From the NCBI RefSeq assembly GCF_001194135.2, contig NC_068986.1:106992738-107025163 (forward strand): a stretch of 32,426 nucleotides of DNA, written 5' to 3'. Positions within the stretch are counted from its first letter, which is position 1. The number at the start of each line of letters is the position of its first letter. The position numbers and the translations under genes are program-made. Shown piece by piece: positions 24,346 to 32,426 of the stretch. The notes under the pieces are model-generated. The model was not told the origin of the DNA. It saw only the letters and a list, made by a program, of their open reading frames with translations, and did no database searches. This stretch comes from Octopus bimaculoides (taxonomy: Eukaryota).

Positions 24346-24496
24346 ATTGTAAGTGGGATGATGGCGGATGTGTTGCTAGAAGCACAAAATGGACTGTCAT
24401 CAGGGAGGACGGGGTTTGCTGGATTTACACCTGCAACTATAAAGAAATGACAGACGTTAAAGCCGAAAAGAAATTTCTCGGAAAATGTTTACCTCC
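24346..24496 (+). CDS. Gene B coding exon 3: Cys-rich module 2 (YCKWDDGGCVARSTKWTVIREDGVCWIYTCNYKEMTDVKAEKKFLGKCLP)
   Basis: Acceptor tcttatcaacaacag ends at 24345; 151-bp open exon, phase 1 in and phase 2 out; donor CC|GTGAGT at 24497. Confidence 0.88.
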
Positions 24497-24713
24497 GTGA
24501 GTATATATTTGAAGCTATTTAATTTACTTCTTATATTACATTTTCTCAATATCATCGTTGCGTTGTCTTTGTAACAACATTTCCTCTTCTGTTCTAAATT
24601 TAGCTCAAACTTAGAAGTGAAAATACAAATCTGAGCATTTCGAGTTGAAAATGTATACTGTTAAAATTCCTTTTTTTTTAAATTTAAAATGTGCTTGTCT
24701 CTTTGTTTTTCAG

Positions 24714-24798
24714 AGAAGCCCATATCACACTGCTTACTATTTCTCAAGTAGAGCATGACAGCGGCCATACTTTCAACATACAGGATATTCCATTATAG
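24714..24798 (+). CDS. Gene B coding exon 4: Cys-free C-terminal tail (PEAHITLLTISQVEHDSGHTFNIQDIPL*)
   Basis: Acceptor ctttgtttttcag ends at 24713; in-frame after the phase-2 junction; TAG at 24796-24798. Spliced CDS 67+135+151+85 = 438 nt = 145 aa + stop. Confidence 0.75.
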
Positions 24799-26379
24799 TT
24801 TTTTTAGCAAATATTTCATCAAAACTAGAGAGTAAAATATTTATATGCTTCTTGCTATTATTGTAGGAGAATGAACTTAGAGAGAAAATGCCCCAACTAT
24901 AATTTGGAGTGGCAGAAGAGAATGACAATGGGGGGTCATGAGATGTTGTTATAGCTACATTTACCTATCTCCCTATCACCATCAAAAGATCTAATGCTGC
25001 TAGTATTCCACGTCCACTAAGAATTAAAACAACTGGAAATTAAGAGTTATGTTCTAGCTGCTGATCATAAATTAATTAATGACAGATATTCTTCCCTACC
25101 CCTAATATACTGTGGCTATAAATTTGCTATGACTATACAAAGGAACAAGTCTCAGAAAATGTCAGTACGACAGTGGTATATTCCCAGAAAAAGGGGAGCG
25201 TATGGTGGACATAAACTATTTTACTATTATCAGTTAAAATGGGCCGACAATAGAAAACAAAGGAGAACGCAATGAGATTTAAATGGGCGTTAAGGCTTCA
25301 GGGGAAAATGTATATACAAAATTTAGAAAAAATTATATATTATTTTATCTGGGTACAATATATTTATATATTACTCTTTTACTCGTTTCAGAAAGCCGAA
25401 GTCGGCTGCGGTCATGCTGGTGCACCATCATATATTTTATTCTTTTATTTCAGGCAAGTGATTGAGGACACTCAGAACAAAACAGCTTAATCGCCCTCAT
25501 GAAATTTGCCAGTCATCTCTGATGTGTTTGCCAGAAAGATACAGCTCGCTGACCCACATGAAAGTTAATACCCATTTCGTATTTATGTTCAACACAATGT
25601 AAATGAAAATATTTCAAAATTCATAGTACAAGTTTAGCAGCTGTTTACTGTTTGTCTGAAAAATAGGCAACGTGTCTATATCACAGCTGCAATCGCCGCT
25701 CAACAGTCATTGGTTCCTACAGGAATCTACTCTAACAGCTTATTTCAAACTTTACCGTGAAGATCTATTTGCAAGGAAGATTTATTGTTACCAACTGCCA
25801 TCTTAATACACATGAGATAATAATCAATCGAAGACGCGAAAAATTGGTGCGTATGTTGGAAATCATCCCGAAGATTTTTTTACAGTACACTTTAATCAAG
25901 ATGGGTGTCTCTACTTAAGGATCTTGCTTCAGTTTTGTTTTTGCGTTTGTATTTGTCTATATATTAAACCGAAAAAATAAATAAATACATTTTGCTTTGT
26001 CAGCGCCATTACTCTGTCTCATACCCCTCTGGGCAATCGAATTCAGCGCATTCTAGTTGTATTTTTTAATGACTGTAAAGTTGCAAAGGTTTATATTATA
26101 TTCTATTAAAATCTTAACTTTATAATTAACATCTCTTACCAATTTTATTTGGAAATATTTGTTTTCGCTGTATATAAATGTTTTGTATATCTTCACTTTT
26201 ACAGATAGAGAAACTTACCAATCGAAAACCAAAACCAACTCCAAATCAATTTACAATAAACTAATGAAGAATAAACTCATTTAATAAACTAATGTAATAA
26301 ACTTGTTTCAGAGCCAATCCTTTAGTTTCTTTTTGTTTTGCTTTTCCTAATTATATACACTGTGATCTTTATGATTATT

Positions 26380-27120
26380 AGAAACCGTTACAAGAAAAAT
26401 TTGATTAAAAGTCAACATTTACTTTTCGTTCCGCCGATCATTCATCTGACACCTCCCGGTATTCTTCAAGGCCACCATAACACTCCTCTACTTTTCTTTT
26501 TTCTTTCAAATGTACCTTCGTTTTCAGTGTACCTTCCATTGTACCCAACTCAGACCGACACCCTACCGACCAACTTTATCTCATCACCATACTATCACTT
26601 ATATTCAATACTCAAATACACAGACGCCGCTACCCAGCACATCTTCACAGATATCGCTTACACGCATGCATACGCATATAGCCTCTTCTGCACCTTATTA
26701 CCACCTCTGCATACACCAACACGTCCACACATACATAATGTCTTACACTCTCAGGAGATGATGTATCTAATCAGACATACCTGCTCTCTGTCCACGTACA
26801 CCCATTCCCATAGACACACTTGTACTAAACTGCACTTATTCTCTACCGTAATCCCACATATAAACCCATACGTGTTCTAGAATGTTCACCTCGCTCACAT
26901 TCCCCTCATTTCCTCTGTGATTTACAGCTGTCCTTTACTTATTCATCCGTGGATCAACAATTGCTCATGACAATAATTATTCTTTCCAACTGACATTTTA
27001 AGTTGCGTAATACAAGCACGGACAAGCACACAAACTTGCAACGCACTCACACACGCTCCCGCTTCGCTAAACTACTTCTTCCTATGCTAACACTCAAAAA
27101 GGCATGAAGCGCTTGCAAAA
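26380..27120. repeat. Second copy of the 11050-11830 repeat
   Basis: Same blocks in the same order and at an equivalent position downstream of gene B. Confidence 0.7.
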
Positions 27121-27124
27121 ATAT

Positions 27125-27737
27125 ACGTTTTTAGCAGTGGCTGGACCAAAATGGAACACTGAAAACCCGCCCTACTCCCGAGCTCTTCAAAACGAAGGTT
27201 ATGTTGACTGTTTGGTGGTGCACTGCTGGACTCATCTACTATATCTTCTTAAAACCCCGATAAAACATTACTGAAGAAATATATTGCCATGAAATTGCCA
27301 AAATGAACGAGAAAATGCTACTCCTCTATTCCAGACCGGTCAAACAAAGAGGGCCAATCATTTTTCATGACACGGCTCGACGACATGCTTCACTAAGGAC
27401 GCTCCAGAAGTTGAGGGAATTTAGCTACGAAGTTCTTCTCCACGCAAGTTATTCCCCAGTGCTTTCTTCTACCGACTACCATTTTTTTAAGCACCTTGAT
27501 CGTTTCCTGCGAGAGTAGTTCAAAAATCAAATCAATGCTAAAGCTAAATTCAAAGAGTTCATCAGCTCCATAACTCCAGGTTTTTATGTTACCAGAATAA
27601 ACAAACTTGTAACTCGTTGGCAATAATATATTGATTGTAATGGTCCTTACTTTGGTGACTAAAATTTCCGCATTCTTGAAATATATTGAGATGAATTTCA
27701 TGCTTCAAAACATTGCTTACTTTTTACTAAACTTGGT
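27125..27737 (+). mobile_element. Mariner 3' half, degraded
   Basis: KVMLTVWW, IIFHDTARRH, HASYSPVLSSTDYHFFKHLD. Confidence 0.85.
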
Positions 27738-27744
27738 AGAACGA

Positions 27745-27905
27745 AATGTGATGAAACTGACCTTTTCTGGAAAGAAATGCCCAGAATAACATATTTATCT
27801 TTAGACGAGAAAACATTCCAGTCTAAATATCGTCCTTCATCCCAATGCGAGTGGAGACCTGAAGATTAAGACGCTCCTTGTCTACCATTCAGAAAACCGA
27901 TGAGC
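27745..27905 (+). mobile_element. Tigger/pogo transposase fragment
   Basis: KCDETDLFWKEMPRITY...EK and NASGDLKIKTLLVYHSEN, resembling TIGD1-type DDE_1 motifs. Confidence 0.75.
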
Positions 27906-28115
27906 GTTCAAGTCGCACAAAATCCCGAAGGAGAAGCTGCAGGTCATGTGGAGGGCAAAGGTTAAACACTTTAGTACCGGTTTCAGTCTTTGGGACTTTT
28001 TTCAACTTAGAGTAAAGCATGAAAAACAATTAAATTGTGGAAAAAGTAAATGAAATGTTTTTTTTTGTTTAATATTTCCATAGTTTACAAATACAAAGGT
28101 CCCTTTCCTTTTTAC

Positions 28116-28200
<85 letters not shown>

Positions 28201-28439
28201 CAATTTTTAACTCTTGCGAAGGCTTAGTAGTGGGTAGTAGGTAGTAGCAACCCTAAAAGAATATTTGATATGAGTTCTTGGTTTTGATTGTTGAAGACAG
28301 CAAAGTAAGTAAGGATTGCAAGAACTAAATGCGAAGCTTAATAATGCAAATAGCAATATCTAGCAACCGGGCTAGATTGCAGCGGCTTTTCCAGAATGAC
28401 AGTGTTTCGTCCACTTGTGACAGTGATGTATGTGGCTCT

Positions 28440-29860
28440 CTTTTAAAAGGGACAATACTTACACTGCATCATCGCAGACTTGTATTTTTTTAATTTTAAG
28501 GAAACAATTATGTCAAAATAGGCCAAGAGCACGATGCAAGAAGAAAACAGGGGCTTTAATGAAGATTAGGAACTGCAGTATTACTGTGTGTCTTCGAAAG
28601 ATAAGAGGATCTGTTTGCTTAGTGATTCTGCGATAACGATATTACCGCTTAACGATAATCAGCACTATACAATTCATAAAAATAATAAATATTTCAATTT
28701 AGAGGGAGAGGCACGAAATTTTGGTCAGCAAACATTTAAAAAGTGGAAAATAAAAGCAAAGACAGCTATTGCAGTTTGTGGCAAAATCTGAAAATTATGT
28801 CACACAAGCAACTCGTACAGTTGCTTATATACTGAAGGAAAAAGGTGAGCCTTTCAAAGATGTGGGAATTGTGAAACAGTGTATTGTTGAAGTGTATGTA
28901 CAAATGGTGCTCCTTTCATGACTGGAAAACGTGAAGGATTTATTACTCAGATAAATATGTTGCATCAGATCCAGATGTTCTAATTTATTGTCATCGTATA
29001 TTTCGTCAGGAAAAGCTACTTTATATGACACCTCGCCGGAAGTCATAAATATTCGTGCCAATGCAACAATGTATCGTCATTCCCACAACATGCTGCGGTT
29101 GGACATTGAAGTATTCAGTGTGCATTTCATGTATCACTCTAGTGTGTTGACTCGCAAGGAAGGGTGTTAGAAAACGTTTTAACTTTATGCGAGCAGATAA
29201 TAAAATTTATTAGGAACGGAATAAACAATGTGAATTATTAGATTAATATTTCTATACAAATACTGCATTTCTTTGTTGCATCATGCCAAAGCAAAATGAC
29301 TTGAATATTTGGTTGCAGGGTAAAACAAAATCAGTCTATGACATTTGGCAAAAGTTCAAGCATTTCTGAAAAAAGCTTTCTTTTTTGAAAGATTTTCTCT
29401 TTTAAAATGAAATTTCAACTGTGTATTTTCCCCATTTAGCTAAGGCCATTTACGGCCACGAAGATTCTTATGAAACCGTTGATGACTATGCAGGTGTTCT
29501 GGATTAATTAAGTGAAGAATACTGTGAAAAGTTCACTGACTTTGCGAAACATGATATTACACTGATATTCAACCATATCTAGTTGATGCATGCAAGTCTC
29601 ACAAAGAGTTGCAGATGGAATTAATCGAGCTCTCAGAAGATAACATTTTAAAGTCGCTATTTAACGTTAAAAAGGATCCAGTTGAAGTAAGGAAAAAAGT
29701 AGTAGAATATCCACGAGTTTTTCAACATACACAAAATTTGCTTCCCTTCGTCTCTATAACGTTGCTAATAATTTATATTTTCAAACTTAAACATAATCAA
29801 GGATTCCTAAAATCGCAAATTATAAACGCCGATCTAGAAGATCAGCTTAAACTATGACAT
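28440..29860 (+). mobile_element. hAT (Buster/SPIN, GTF2IRD2-like) transposase pseudogene
   Basis: KGEPFKDVGIVKQCIVE; QMELIELSEDNILKSLF...EYPRV (hAT dimerisation region); many stops. Confidence 0.75.
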
Positions 29861-30289
29861 TTAATGCTTTATTTTAAAAATGTTTTTAAATTATTTTCAA
29901 ATTAGTTGTGTGATTTACTACAAAATATAGATTTTAGAAATAATAATGAAAATGTTGTTACTGCCTCGTTAGATTACAATCAAATTTAATGGCACCTTCT
30001 ACCTTAAAGAGACTTCCACCTCTGACCCAGCCACTAGATTAATAGGCCCATCGAAATCGGATATTGTTCAAGTGGTAAATCGATTATAGATAAAATGCTT
30101 CCAAAATTGAAGACCCATGGAAATCTTGACCTTATGTCGTATACTACTGACGTAATTGACTAGTTTAAGAAGTTATCTTACAAAATATAGTTAAAGTTAA
30201 CTGCCAATTAAAATTCATTAAATCTAGAAGTTATTATAAAATGATTTTTCGAGACTTTGTTGTTCTTAAGTAAGTCAAGCAACACTGCC

Positions 30290-31010
30290 GTAATATCTTA
30301 ACCATATGGTTAGACTACAAGAAATATTTTGACTCTGTTCCTAACTCATGGATGATAGAATCAGTACACTATGCCAAAGTAGCAGATTCGATAGTGAATG
30401 CCATTGAAAGACTGACCAGAACATGGTCCACATATTTATTACTGACAACTACTAAAGCAAATCTTATTGCTACAGTGCAGGTACTCTGAAAATACATCAC
30501 ACGCGAATCAACGAAGACTGGATTAGCCTACACAAGCCCGGAGGGGGAGCAGGCATCATACCACCAAAATGCAATACTTTATGCTAAAGGATAACAAAAG
30601 TATAAGCGGGAAAAGCAGCGTCTGTTTGACCTGTGATAAATCCCACCTAGAATGATATGTTTTTGCTAACCAAGAACATGAGATAGCTACTAAATGCCTC
30701 ATAACAAAAAGAGTGACAAAAATACCACAACACTGCCATGCTGTGACAGAAAATGTCGGCTCTGCTATATCAGTGCAGCTGGCCCACATTGTCTACGAGA
30801 TACTACACAACCCTGAAGCAAGATATTATTCCTAAGATTATGTACGACGCCATATGCAGATAGGATTACGCCGTCGTATACATCAATTGCATGCCAGAAC
30901 TAGCAAGTATTCGGAACTTCATAAACAAGAAATCCTGGTATAAACTCTCCTATAAAAAGAAAGAATATTGGTGAAAAATGTCAATTAAAATTCCGATTAG
31001 GTGCCAACAC
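30290..31010 (+). mobile_element. R4/Dong-like LINE fragments (RT, zinc knuckle, endonuclease), heavily deleted
   Basis: TIWLDYKKYFDSVPNSWMIES near 30301; HCHAVTENV zinc-knuckle remnant; SIKIPIRCQHKR. Confidence 0.75.
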
Positions 31011-31389
31011 AAGAGACAATCTAACGACATATTCACCGCAGTCACTGTGAAGAAGGAATTGTCGCTTATGATAAAAAGCGTTAAACATTTCTGCTGAGTG
31101 CTTGTTCTAATGTTTCTTAGCTGTGTGTCTAACTCGTTAGCTTTCCTCTGAAGGAGACAGCGAAGAGCGGTAACTGTGGCCAAATTATAGCATTCTTTAT
31201 CCTAGGACAATCAATGTCATTGACTGAGTAGTAATTCTTTCTCGTGATAAAAACGTGTAAAACTCCTCCTCTACTCAAAAATAAATACAAAAAGGATGTA
31301 ATTTCCTCTTCTTAATTATTCTGTTATGTCTCTTTCACCCAATCAATAATGTTATTTCTTCTTCTTCAAACTAAGAAACTTCCCTAGGG

Positions 31390-31570
31390 TTTTGGGCATA
31401 CACTGCCATATTGACGGCTGTAGCTTGCTTCAACGGTGGATATTTTCTCATCCGTTAAAAGGATATTTCGATGAGCACCGTCTGTATACCGGAGAAGAAG
31501 CTGTTTGGATCATGTAATTCTGCTCACTTTCAGTGAAGGAGCCAACATGTCTTGTACATCGACGATAGGC
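31390..31570 (-). mobile_element. Tc1/maT transposase fragment
   Basis: Minus strand KQLLLRYTDGAHRNILLTDEKISTVE, resembling the first catalytic D motif ILFTDEKIFTVE. Confidence 0.6.
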
Positions 31571-31585
31571 ACTCACCCTTAGATC

Positions 31586-31621
<36 letters not shown>

Positions 31622-32081
31622 AGAGAAACTTTCTGCGTTCGAGCAATCTCCGTACAACTGTTATGCGCTTTTAATGCAACAATTACAGCATGTCCTTTCA
31701 ATTGCTGAGACATCCTTGAGTCTGACATTAGTTATTTGAAATGTAAGGTTTTAAAAGACTGAATGGGCAAAAAAAATAAAGCCCTTCAAACATGTGTCGT
31801 CAAAAACCCGACGTAGATATATATGTGCATATGTATCTATCTAATGATCGATCTCTCTACAATATTATCTATTTTGTCGTGTCGATCAGGGAAATTTTAT
31901 TTATTCCCTTTATTAAGTTAAGGTGTAGAAGACACCTTTGTTTGCACTTCCCTACGAGCCATAAAATATCTTTAGTTCTCAGCAAGTATTTTATAAAATG
32001 TCAATTGTTATCCACATCAGCTTTGGGAGTGAGATATATTGTCACCAGGTGTTTACTTGTATTGGAGGTGTTACATTCAGT

Positions 32082-32157
32082 TATAAATACTCATCGCTTT
32101 CGCATACATCATTCTTTTAAATTTCTTCACTGATTTTTCCTTTTGATATACGTAAGT
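32082..32157 (+). promoter_or_regulatory. Candidate core promoter plus 41-nt noncoding first exon of a downstream gene
   Basis: TATAAATA at 32082-32089; Inr TCATTC at 32109-32114 (A at 32111, 29 nt from the TATA start); ATG-free to 32151; donor GTAAGT at 32152. Confidence 0.5.
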
Positions 32158-32426
32158 GAACTTCTAAAATTATCTTATTTTTTTAATGGAATTTGTATGA
32201 AATATTTAAATAATTGTGTTACATTATAACTCAGATATGATTTAAAAAATCTAATTTGTTCGTCAAAGTTTTCTTGTAATACATAAAATCGGAAACGTGT
32301 GTAATATAAAGTTATCTGACAGTGTGTTGATTTTATTTTATTGGTAAAGAACAAAATATATGGTTTAAATCTAAAGTAATTGTATTTTCTGTTTTTCGAT
32401 GTGAATATGTCTGTGTGCGTTTGTAT

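Noticed and set aside
26338-26880. 180-aa His/Thr/Pro-rich ORF
   Set aside because: It lies in the repeat shared with 11050-11830, where the frame is not preserved; the bias reflects CA-rich sequence.

Overview
AT-rich animal genomic DNA from a gapped draft assembly. It is most likely octopus, inferred from tRNA/CORE-type SINEs resembling those known from octopus genomes, dense microsatellites and TTAGGG repeats. Most of the window is decayed mobile DNA: Penelope-like, R4/Dong-like LINE, Helitron, mariner, maT, Tigger, hAT and SINE copies. Buried in it, and largely missed by the ORF track because the exons are short, are two tandem paralogous + strand genes that I could splice by hand through canonical GT-AG sites with consistent phases. 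Gene A (CDS 217-289, 4833-4967, 7865-8007) gives 116 aa; gene B (CDS 15868-15934, 19641-19775, 24346-24496, 24714-24798) gives 145 aa. Both encode a signal peptide plus a two-module mature region with the same 10-cysteine framework; I do not recognise the family. By hand count the mature-coding exons are only about 56-59% identical in nucleotides (29-36% in amino acids), while the sampled neighbouring intron stretches are about 80-92% identical and all 10 framework Cys codons are identical. That pattern is typical of toxin, immune or reproductive proteins under diversifying selection. A TATA-Inr-noncoding exon-donor unit at the right edge may start a third paralog. Function, tissue and true novelty cannot be established without searches and RNA-seq.
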